Assembly: GCA_037379345.1 (NCBI GenBank)
Contig: CM074520.1
Location: 19,137,488-19,201,487, forward strand
Direction of reading: 5' to 3'
From: Perna viridis
Lineage: Eukaryota
Length of the DNA: 64,000 nucleotides
The notes beneath the pieces were generated by a model that did no database searches, was not told the origin of the DNA, and saw nothing but the letters and a program-made list of their open reading frames with translations. Of the stretch, positions 24,753-35,104 are shown one piece after another; within the stretch, counting starts at the first letter, position 1; each line of letters starts with the position of its first letter. The translations under genes were made by a program, and so were the position numbers.

Positions 24753-25848
24753 GTTTTGTATGGTTTATCAAAAAGTGATGCAAAAATTATTCATTGTTTA
24801 CATACAGTTCTAGTTGTATGTACAACATTTGTATATGTTATAAATACATGTAATTGTTTACATTGCACATGCATGACATATTCATACATGTACATGTATG
24901 GGCATGATGTAGAACACTATGTACTAAGTATAAATTTGTAATACTGAATAAATAAAATGACCCAATACACTTATACTTGGTATAAAAGGTAAACATATTC
25001 TTGTGCATTAATGCAACTTGTAGGTGATGCAGAAAAAGACAAACAGATTTGATATGAACACAAAGTATATAAAAATGTTTGAAATCTGTGTGCATAATTT
25101 TTGTACATTTTTGATTTTAAATGCATCACTTGTTGATCAAATGATTTCAATGCATGATTTTTGACTTTGTTTGCTTTGTGGTTTCTTGTTGTTTCTTTCA
25201 GTTTTATGACGAAAAAAGAGGAATGTGTAAGATATCTACGATTATTTTACATGCAAGGGAAGAAAATTACAGAATGAGGATTAAATAAATGGATTTGTAT
25301 CAAACTATTTAAATATGAGAAAAAATAATATATAATGTTATAGTATAAATTTTTAAGTATGTAAGGGACTAAGTGGTTCTAAATTTTATTTTGATTTCAT
25401 ATACTTTCATGGAATTTGTATAACATATATGTCAAAGGAAATTGCTGTTTAGTGTTTATGTGACTTTTGAATATAAGAATGGCTACTTTGTGAGGTGTTA
25501 GAAGCCATTCATATGAGTATTGTAACATTCAGACATTGATTCAGGGGCCCATGTGTGCTCAAAACGCCTTTTTCAATTTAGTAGACTGTAAGAACATGTG
25601 TGTGTTCTATCTGCTATTAAGTAAAGTTTTGTTGAAATTATTTTCACTCATGGTTATTGTTGTTAGTGCAGCTCAAAGACATATATATATATATACGCCA
25701 TTGCTAGTGTTGGGGAATCGGAAATATTTCATAATCGATCATCGGAAATATTCGGAAGATCACAATCGAAGGGGTGTCTTTCATTTGTGAAAATCAAGAA
25801 TTTTGCCATTGGAAAGAGAAAATATTTAGATGTCACATAAATTCGAAG

Positions 25849-25920
25849 TTACCTCTCAATCAAATCTTTCAAACGGTCGACTGTCCAGGTCAAGTGGCGA
25901 CTAGTTGCCACTGTTTTCAT
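25849..25920 (-). pseudogene. Start of a second, convergent transposon gene (SAP-like N-terminus)
   Basis: ATG at 25920 gives MKTVATSRHLTWTVDRLKDLIER; WTVxxLKxxLxER resembles a SAP helix. Ends at TAA or at a possible donor AG|GTAACT. Confidence 0.45.
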
Positions 25921-26964
25921 TGACAACAGCCCGGATGTAAAAATCATCACTGAAAGTACCGAAGCGCCACCTGGTGTAAATAACGTGAATGCAAACCATT
26001 AAGATTTCCAGTACAATAAGGACTCGTAAAATATTTTGTGTATTGTACTATAAACTATTTAAAAGCTTATTAGTATTACACGACATAGAGATATTTATAT
26101 TTATAATTTATAAAATCAAAAATCGTGTTACTTCTAAAGCTGACTAGGTAATGACTTAAATAATTCAGATAACGATACATTTCTCGGAGGAAAACATTTC
26201 CTTTCAAAGGAAATTTATACCCACGTGAAACTGACTTTTTTTAATTGAAATATTTAGCAATTTTCGTGTTTCGGAAATGAAGGTGAACTGGAATGGTACA
26301 TGTAAATTTCTTAAATAGGTCAGTTATATAAAAGCAAAAAAACACAGACTTTAGTTACTTTAAAGCTTTCGTGCTTTTTTCAATTATTGCAAATTTGTTC
26401 AATTTGCTGCTTATTGGTGATGAGAAACAAAAAACTTTTTTTTTTGGCGCTCTTGTTTGGCCATTTTTGTCCGATTTTAGGAATTCCCCGGTTTTATCCA
26501 TTTTGATTTTCTTTTCACATATGATTTTGTATGGGAAATTAAACCAATTATGGAAGAAAACTAGAATGTACGTAGAAAGACATCCCTCTCAAAACCAAGT
26601 CGATAACACTTTAACAAAATTAAAATGGAAAAAAGGGCTTTACAACGGATCTTAAGGTACAACAAAAAGGCAGAATCACCTCTAAAAAAATCTTATAAAA
26701 TCAACAAAAAAAAATCCATGATAATAACGAGCTATCACTTTAGTCTGTTTCTCGATCAATGTCATGACCCGTCAAATAGAAGGTACATCTGTTAGCTATT
26801 GGAAACAAATACTCTGAAACTTTCGGAACATCAGATGACAATTTAGATTTACAATTTACATAAATATGAAAATAAAACATGCCTACGTTAATGCTCATTT
26901 TTTTTTGTTCACTCACTGTTTCATTTTACTGTCTCACCATTTAAGTACCAGTCAATATAAAATT

Positions 26965-27385
26965 CAGGCACTGCCATATTTAAATGATTCATGACGAAGA
27001 AAAAACCCATTGAACAAATAATGCTTTTTCAATCTACATATACTATATTTTTATCTGTACTTTTGAGAAAATCAAACATTTATCTCCAACTAAAATCAAA
27101 CGAAATCAAGAATGATAACTCTATACAATCTATATGAGTTTTATCTCAAACGCGCATCACCCAAATGAAGAACTATGATTGGTTATGTGGACTGTACTGT
27201 AACTGATTCTGAATAAGAAATAAAAGTGAAATCGGTGGGTTTTGAACATGCATTAATCACCTTTTGTCTGATTTGTATAAAGACTAGTACTTAAGATGTT
27301 GACTAAAACCATATTTTGTCTAACTTTACATCAACATACGTTGATATAGATACCCAAATTAAAAAAAACAAAACATCACTGCCTG
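26965..27385. mobile_element. MITE with CAGGCA...TGCCTG ends
   Basis: CAGGCACTG ... CACTGCCTG|TA; internal similarity to 14567-14982. Confidence 0.55.
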
Positions 27386-27409
27386 TAGAGAGTTGTTTTC
27401 GACATTTAA

Positions 27410-27693
27410 GGTGGATCAAACCTATTACACAGAGCGTTGTTTTCTGTCATCTTGCAGAGAATCATACAGATGTATAATTTCACAATGAGCAATAGTGTTT
27501 GAAATTATGCAAAAAAGAATGTTTTTAAAAAATTCGAAAATATGTTATTGATATAAACAAATATATTGTTAAATTACAAACATTAATTTAAAAAAAAACA
27601 CTATTTTATTGGTGAAATAATTGGAGGGGAAATGTTCTATAGAAATGGTTATTTGTAAAATCTACTTACTGAAAATGTTAGGTACGATCTACA
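27410..27693. mobile_element. TTAA-flanked MITE (Kolobok-like)
   Basis: TTAA|GGTGGATCAAACCTA ... TAGGTACGATCTACA|TTAA. Confidence 0.55.
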
Positions 27694-27799
27694 TTAAATC
27701 CTTGAGCAAAGGATTTTTGCGTTGAGGCTGTAAAAAGTGGCTACATAGAAAATTAAAGATAAAACCATTTTGTTTACCTAAAAGAGAGAAGTCTTGTCG

Positions 27800-28300
27800 T
27801 AGACACCTGACCCATGCAGGTCCGGGTGTCAAAAAAGCAAACCTACAGCAGCGCTAAGCTTGTTATAAAAGGCGACTTAATAGTGCTCAGAATCCTAGCC
27901 GGGGGCTAGGGCGCTTTGCCTACAGATCAACTGGGTTGTGTGCCTCAGGTAGTTGAATGGGATAACCATGGCATGTAACATGCTTGGGTTGTCAGGCTAT
28001 AATACGGAAAACCTGACCGCAAACTATAGTGATGCACCGTGTTTGGGAAAAATGCCACGTTCCTTGCAGGGTAAAGAATCCTTCTGTGGTATTCACCTGG
28101 AATAGGAACCATAGGGCTCAGCAACAGTAGGCTACATTGCCCGACCCTACCCACCTCTCCTTATTTCTAGTGGCAATCAAAATTTGTCGACCCTATTATC
28201 CTTTTGTTCCATCCCTTTTTTCATTTCATCATCACTTCATGTTCATTTTATCATCAATTTCATGTTCATCGCCTGAATATGGCTGAAAAATTGCTGCATA
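27800..28300 (+). mobile_element. GC-rich, hairpin-dense SINE-like / non-autonomous retroelement
   Basis: Several hairpins; motif GCTTGTTATAAAAGGCGACTTAA; SINE-like blocks GCAGGGTAAAGAATCC and CCTGAATATGGCTGAAAAATTGCTG. Confidence 0.5.
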
Positions 28301-28736
28301 TTAATAACTTTTCGTAATAAAAGTTTTAGCAGAATTTTGATTTTTGGAAATATAAATTTAAACATCAAACCATGTACGCATGTGCCGTCTTTTCACAAAC
28401 GTTTCTGACCATCGTGACTGTTATATCTTTGTTGCATTTAATCATACATTGAAAACGCGTACAATAAAATAAATTATGCATATATTATTACAGCACTCAT
28501 GTTTTGTTTTCTTTCTATTACTATTACCCTGAAGCATGATCGGGCGCATAACCAGATAAAAAGTTAAAAATAGGTCTAAACAACAAAAGCTTTTTGTATT
28601 TTTTTCTGGTTATTTTATCCCATTTGGCAAGTAACAGGTGTGTTCTATTTGAAAGCAATAAGTGAAAAATAGATCAATCTGCAGGAAAAGAAATATGAAT
28701 TTTGATTCTCTACTAAAATACAATGTTTATTACTAC

Positions 28737-30239
28737 GCAGACATTGTTTTCGTCTGCAAAACGTTTTACATCCAATGTTTATTATTAGAGGTAGACGTAG
28801 AAAATAATAGCAGTGATAAGACCCATACTTCTACCACACTCTCCAAAGAAGAGATTGTAGAAAACCATAAAAATATTTTGGTCTCTCTACCAAGGACGAT
28901 GATTGTAATTTACCATCTATGTACTGGATTCATGAACTCCACATGAATCCATACAAGAATGTTACATAGCTGGATCTTCAAAATGTACCACCAAACCTTT
29001 TTCAAAACTTTTAACTTCTATACTCACAGCTTTCAAAGAGGGTCTGCAGCCCTACCAGAACACTTGTTACTCCCGTAGTGGTATTAATTCAATGTGGATC
29101 CTTACAAATTCGAAAAATCTTTTGGAGACAATCAATTCAAGACTATTATCAGAATATAATAGCATTACAACCAATGATTTTTCAACAATATATACTTCTA
29201 TTCCCCATAATCAGTTAAAATCCCGACTTAAACACATTATACATCTTTGTTTTTAAAAAAAAGACAAAAAACCAGAGATACAAATATATAGTTCTTGGTA
29301 GAGATTCCTCATACTTTGTAAGAAATAATTCCAAATCATCTCCCAAATATACAGAAGATGTTTAAAAAATACCGGAATTTTTAATCGACAACATATTTGT
29401 CCATTGTGGTGGACGCGTTTTTTATCAAACGGTCGGTATTTCAATGGGAACAAGTTGTGCTTCTCTACTACTTGCTGACCTGTTCTTTCACTCTTATGAG
29501 GCTGACTTTATAGCTGATCTGATCCGCAAGAAAGAATATCGTTTAGCTAGATCCTTTAATCTCAGTTTCCGCTATATAGATGACGTATTATCTTTAAACA
29601 ATTCTAATTTTTTGGGATTTGATACATCGCATCTACTCCAAAGAACTTGAAATAAAGGATACTACAGACACTGTGAGGTCAGCCTCATTTTTTGATGGTA
29701 AAGGAAAACTATTGACCAAACTTTACGACAAACGTGATGACGTTTCATTCAAAATTGTCAACTTTCCTTTCATCTGTGGCTGAATCTCTTCAGCAGTTGC
29801 GTATGGAGTGTTCTAGACTTCTTACACTAAGGCTCCTGGAATAGGGTTATTTATTGCTACAAGATTGAAGTCATCACCACAGAAGTTTTAAAGCCGTCAT
29901 CATGGATCGTTATGATGTATCCATCTGCGCCTTGAAAACTGATTTGTTCAACGTGTCATAGTTTTCCTTTCCTCTTTCGTCTACCACGGACTTGACTTTT
30001 TGTGAGCAACTCGGTGGGTGTTTATAGAAAAGCAGAGCACTCTTACCCTACCAGTGCACCTGATCAATGCTCCAATGGAGTCCGAGTTGCTCATTTGCTT
30101 TTTTTACTTTGTATGTATGATTTTAGTTACTTTATGTTTTTTTTTTTGTTGTGTGTGTCTGTTTTCCATGTCTGGTCTTTGTCCCTGGATTACATTCTTT
30201 TGATTACTGCTATAACCTTGGTTCCCATTATTACTCTTT
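28737..30239 (+). mobile_element. 5'-truncated Naiad-like Penelope element: RT pseudogene plus 3' UTR
   Basis: Across frameshifts: IVFVCK, LPSMYWIHELHMNPYK, YIAGSSKCTTKPFSKLLT, SGINSMWILTNSK, DFSTIYTSIPH, FLIDNIFV, ISMGTSCA, FRYIDDVL, KLYDKRDD.SF.IVNFP. The ORF ends at TAG 29961 with no C-terminal GIY-YIG. A ~280-nt tail ends ATTACTCTTT. Confidence 0.88.
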
Positions 30240-30404
30240 CAACAAACCCTTCATAGCGGGAAATCCTAAAAAAAAAACAAAAGAAAATAAACAAAATCTA
30301 CTTATACAACTCAATTGAAACAAGAAACGAATTAACAATCGCCTCTTTCCAGATGTCATGAGAATATTGATTTGGTGAGCGGCAAGGTAAGTGTAAAATA
30401 GTTG

Positions 30405-30675
30405 TTAATTCATTTCAGGACGAGAACGAATAAGTGATCAAACAGACCCTGCTGAGTCGAATCTTTAATGAGCTAGGTCACAAAGCAACTGCCCTAGGTA
30501 GGCGTGCTATTCTACTTTGACATATTATTCGGACTCCAAGCCCACCACACGTCTCATTATTTCCTACAATACCATACGCTTGGCAGAGAAGCAGTGACAA
30601 ACAGGTTTAAAGTAGACGTAATTCGGTTAAGGATTGAACCCACGACACCAAAGTCGAAGATAGCACGCTGCCCAG
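30405..30675 (-). mobile_element. tRNA-derived SINE, near full length, degenerate
   Basis: B-box on minus (plus strand GGATTGAACCCACGA). Body blocks GCTTGGCAGAGAAGCAG, ATATTATTCGGACTCCAAGCC, GCTGAGTCGAATCTTTAATGAGCTAG and TTCAGGACGAGAAC match a common bivalve SINE layout as I recall it. Confidence 0.75.
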
Positions 30676-31762
30676 TGAACATTGGTAAGTAAAATTCAAA
30701 TTAATGAATAATCGTTGATACTGAGTAAGTCAATTATTTACCTATTTTAGATGTGGTAAATGAACCCTAATAATATTACTTATGGAAACCTAACTTATAA
30801 TCTCTATATAATGCACTTAAGGCCTCCAACTAAGGTCTTTTGATTTGTCTAAAGGATGGTGCATGACATTTGTACTTGTTTATCTCTTTTTATTACTTAA
30901 AACTGAATGCCTCTTCGAAGTCTGGAGCACGACTAAGTCATTAAGGACATCCCTATATGTGAATGCGGTCGATGAATTTTACGATTTGTACTTAATGTTA
31001 TATCAAAAGATTATATTCTGATTTTATGCGTTTAAACGCTTCGCCTAGTTTTGAAGGAAAAAAACTCATACAAGCTTAAACGTAAAATCAAAACTTTAAA
31101 AAAAAAATATAAACTGTATGAGAAATGAAAGAGAAATACTATACAAAGGTGTCGAACAAAGAAGCAAGGCATAATAGTAAATCCGAAACATCAAAGACAC
31201 AAGAGACACAGAACGGGTCATCTAACACAAAAACACATCTGTATACATAGACAATATCGCGAAAACTTGAGCTTTCCATTAACACGGAGCTAAGGTGCTT
31301 TTGGGAAGTAAACATTTCTTTATATTTACAGGATAACCATCTTGCAGTCTACATGAATTTATATCATTATTGTTGTTTTTATTTTTTTCTTGTTTTGTTT
31401 TTGTTGTTGTTGTTGTTGTTGTTATACATTATACACAGGTACAACGAATGAGTTGCTACTATATATTCTAGCCATGTTTAATTAACAGAAGTCAGAGTAT
31501 ACACGTGTACAAACGTAATTTTTGGCTTTGATTTGAAAATGCTTAATTTATTGATTGCAGAGTATATAGTTAAAGGCTAAAAACCACTAATTCCACTTTC
31601 CATAGGCTTCTATGCTAATTTCACAATATTCAATGGCTTCTCTGGACTTTACCTTAACTTTAACCTACAGAGGACTATATATCAGCATGATTCTACATAT
31701 GTCAGCTCACAATCCTCAGAATGGCATGTGGGGTTAGCAGACTTGCAGTGCAGTACTGGTCA

Positions 31763-31800
31763 CCGGAAGTGAAGGGTCTATAAATAGCATGGGAAATCCC
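31763..31800 (+). promoter_or_regulatory. Candidate promoter cluster: ETS, TATA and NF-kB sites
   Basis: CCGGAAGT (31763), TATAAATAG (31779) and GGGAAATCCC (31791) within 38 bp; second TATAAAA at 31878. Confidence 0.3.
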
Positions 31801-33710
31801 AGTGTTTTCACAAGATAGGGGTATATTTAAAAATCATTATGGAGATTAGGCTTCACATCACAAGAAGCAAAATGCACCTATAAAATGTACAGAAATATTT
31901 TTCCTTTCAGAAACTGTTTAAATTTTTAAAATAAGATGAGAACTTTTTTCACAGCACTATGAGGAACAGGGGTAATTTCTGCGTAGGACTATTTTTGCGT
32001 ACGTTCCAAATGCTCATTGGTTGAATTGGTGGTCTTTAACCTAAATGTTTATCAAATTTATATACCATTTTCTCATGAAACGTCTCATTTCTATATACAC
32101 ATTCAAAGTTTGATCTTTAATATCAATTAAGCTGGAGATCAATGCATGACCAATATTTGACTTTTATTCTCGCTATAAACATATATGATCGTGAGTAGTG
32201 GATTTAATTCATTTCCCGGTTAGCAAACGTAAACAGAAAATAATTGTTGTGATGGGTTTTGAGAAATTACTCTTAGAAATAGAAACATCCGCTTACCGAA
32301 TACAAGAAAGTAAACATCAATTGCATTAACAAACGTAGAATAAAGTGGCTTTGACGAACATCAAACAAAGGTTATTTGTATGAGTTGACGTTAATCAAAA
32401 ATGACCTTAACGGTCAAGCCAAAAATCAATTGCGCTCATATCAACCATTCTGTGTTGAAAACTGCTCTTGTCATGACTAGATCTAGTGCATTTATCGGTC
32501 CTTTTACTTTTGTCAATGGACTAGTATTAATCTAACAATTCGGTTAAACCTGTATATTGATGTAAATGATATATTTTTTATGAACGTAAATTCAGCATGA
32601 CCTGAACTGGTTTATTTAAAAGAAAATGTTCGTTTATGATTTAGAAGATTTACACTTCATTTAGGCAAGGCAACATCAGCAATTCATCTGACTTTGTATT
32701 ATTTTATTGGCAATTTTGATTTAACAAATTTTGTACAGTTTGTATTAAGTATCGCGGGTGATTTGCCATTTTATAACCTTAACTAGATTCAATATTTCGA
32801 TAAATTAGATAACATATAATAATAAAACAGATAACCATTTTGCATATAGATTTTGTAAAGTGAGATTATATGTAAGGATATAACATTTGTTACGAAAAAA
32901 AAACAAAGAAATATCAAACTGAAATAATACTGTAGCAGGAAAAATGTATGTCATGAAATAAATAAAAAAAAGTAAAAACTACTAGCAATGGGTGTTCAAT
33001 TCCTCTTCGATGAACCGCTGCATCCCCCCCTCCCACTGTTTTTGTTTAAGATATACTGGAAAGGATATATCGATATACCATGGGGTGCCGAGTAATATCA
33101 AACACGTTTGTCCCGAAATTGGAAGTTTCTTCTTGAAATATCAGAAATATCTGTCTGCGGCATCCAGAGTGTGCTCCAAAAAATCAAAAGGTTCTCAGAG
33201 CTTGGAAAAGATGTGGCAGAGTGGACAAAGTTTAATTTAAAGGCGCATATATTTGGACAAATACGTTACAGTTATATTTGGAAAGTTTAAATTAGTATTG
33301 TTTGTTTCAAAATATCCAGGGCCAGACAATGATCATGTTAAGGCCTTGTGATGAATTTAATTGTTACGAGGACATATTGTCCTACAAATTATTGTTACAA
33401 AACAGACAGGTTTGAAGTGTAAGCCGCAATTCTATAGAATTATTATACAAATGAAAGATTCATCAGGACACAAGTTGACAGGCAATTATGATTGTGATTA
33501 TTACTGATATACTTACTCTCAAATAAGATATTTGTGCTAAACAATTTGTCTTAATTATAAAACTTAATAACTTAATAGACACAGATAGATTTTATCTAGT
33601 ATTGACACACACTGAAACAACAAACAAAACCTGGTAGAAATCTGAAAACTAAAATGTATACATAATTGTAAAAATTAGTCAGTCTCATTGGTTTAGTTTT
33701 ATAGACGTAC

Positions 33711-33826
33711 AAGCATGCTTTTATTTGAGATTACTGACTGCTTTTCCAGATGTTTAAGCATGCTTCTATTTGAGATAACTGACTGCTTTTTCAGATGTAT
33801 AAGCATGCACTTACTTGAGATAACTA
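33711..33826. repeat. 45-bp tandem repeat x2.6
   Basis: AAGCATGC...TTGAGAT.ACT at 33711, 33756 and 33801. Confidence 0.85.
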
Positions 33827-34667
33827 ACGAAGCAAACTATCATATTTGTATACCAGAGTCTAAAAACTGTGACAGTTGAAACGCGGTGATTTTTCGGCAT
33901 TATCCAATTTGATATCAGAACAAACAGCACCATAAAAGTAAAAATATTTTCATCTAAATACCTTTCTGGACAGTCAATCTGTTAAGTGTTCAGAAATGTC
34001 CTTGTTGAACACAGATATTATACAATATGTGAAGTTAAATGCAAAAGACATTGACGTGTTTATGGTCACTATTGCCAAAAAGACTAATTACTTCTCTTTG
34101 CGAGGTGAAATGTCTGAAACAAGACATATTGAAATACTATACATGTTGATATTGTTTTATTGTCAAATAATATTATTACTGGACGTATATAATTATAATT
34201 TCAAGTTATTAATTATGATAATTTGGTTGTCGGTTGTCATTAATTATTATTATAATTATAATTATATTGTAATTATCTATGTAATTATTGTTAATGCAAA
34301 TGTTGGGTCATCGATCCGATTTTTATTTGTTCAGGAACTTGATGTTTTTACGTTGTGCCAAATTTAACATTAACATATATTTCAACTCTTAGTTACAACA
34401 TGCTTATAATTTAGTTAGTAGTTATAAAGTCAGTATTGCGACAACTTATTATCATTGTACTGTCACGCGGGTTTTTACTACATCAATGACATTGACAGTA
34501 AGATGAAAGCTGGTATCTGATTTTCACCACTCCTTTCAAGATGAATGGTACCGTTAATAACTTTTGAATATAAGAGATTTTCTGCAATAGTCGCCTTCAT
34601 CATATTTTCCACATGCGTATCAAAAGTATTTAAGTTGTAGATTCTGTTTAGAAGATCACTATTTTTC

Positions 34668-35050
34668 AAAGAGTAATTATAGGAACCAAGATTCTAGCGA
34701 TTATCAAAAGAACGTATTTCATAAACAAAGATAAAACAAGGAAAACACACAACAAAGAAAATAAAATAACCAAAATAACATATTCAAAGCAATAGCAATA
34801 CACGACCAACTCAGAATTCACTAAAAACTTGGAACTTGGACAAGGTACTCTTCCTCAACTTTTCTATAAAAATCCCCGAATGGCTTATAAAATTCAAGAT
34901 ATAAGGCTGACTTCACAGTGTTTGTAAATGTAGTAATCATTATCTCGCGTTATTTGGGGTAAATGCGATGTTTTAATCCCCGAAACTATGATTGTTTAAC
35001 GATAATACGTCATCTATCTAGCGGTAATTGAGGATCTGGCGATCAGATGC
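34668..35050 (-). mobile_element. Degraded Naiad-like 3' tail plus RT motif remnant
   Basis: AAAGAGTAATTATAGGAACCAAG marks the tail end; ATAATACGTCATCTATCTAGCG at about 35002 is the reverse complement of the R(Y)IDDVL codons. Confidence 0.7.
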
Positions 35051-35104
35051 ACAAAGAAACAAAAAAAATAGGTATAGAGCATTGCACAACGATACCAATA
35101 AAAA

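Larger units (their letters stand above)
23207..25997 (+). mobile_element. ISL2EU (PIF/Harbinger-related) transposon, internally deleted
   Basis: Termini AT|GG...CC|AT. Subterminal inverted core AGGTGGCGCTTCGGTACTTTCAGT (23236) and ACTGAAAGTACCGAAGCGCCACCT (25950). THAP exon inside the left end; convergent SAP-like start inside the right end. Confidence 0.7.

Noticed and set aside
29781-29783. In-frame TGA as selenocysteine (some Naiads encode selenoproteins)
   Set aside because: The copy at about 10310 has AAC (Asn) at this position, the element has many other disablements, and the 3' fold lacks SECIS spacing (no AA 11-12 nt after ATGA).
30001-30095. Naiad-like 3' fold as a canonical hammerhead
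   Set aside because: CTGATC(C/A)AT is not CUGANGA and no GAAA follows the next stem.
30002-30256. Recurrent hydrophobic small ORFs (also 44601-44942, 47493-47744, 50435-50755) as a membrane peptide family
   Set aside because: They are translations of the T-rich PLE 3' UTR; frames and starts are not conserved between copies.
33100-33240. Tc1-like HTH remnant (EISVCGIQSVLQKIKRFSELG)
   Set aside because: Similarity is too short and no matching TIR pair or DDE region was found.
33996-34367. 123-aa ORF
   Set aside because: Low-complexity AAT/TAT-rich sequence with no domain motif.
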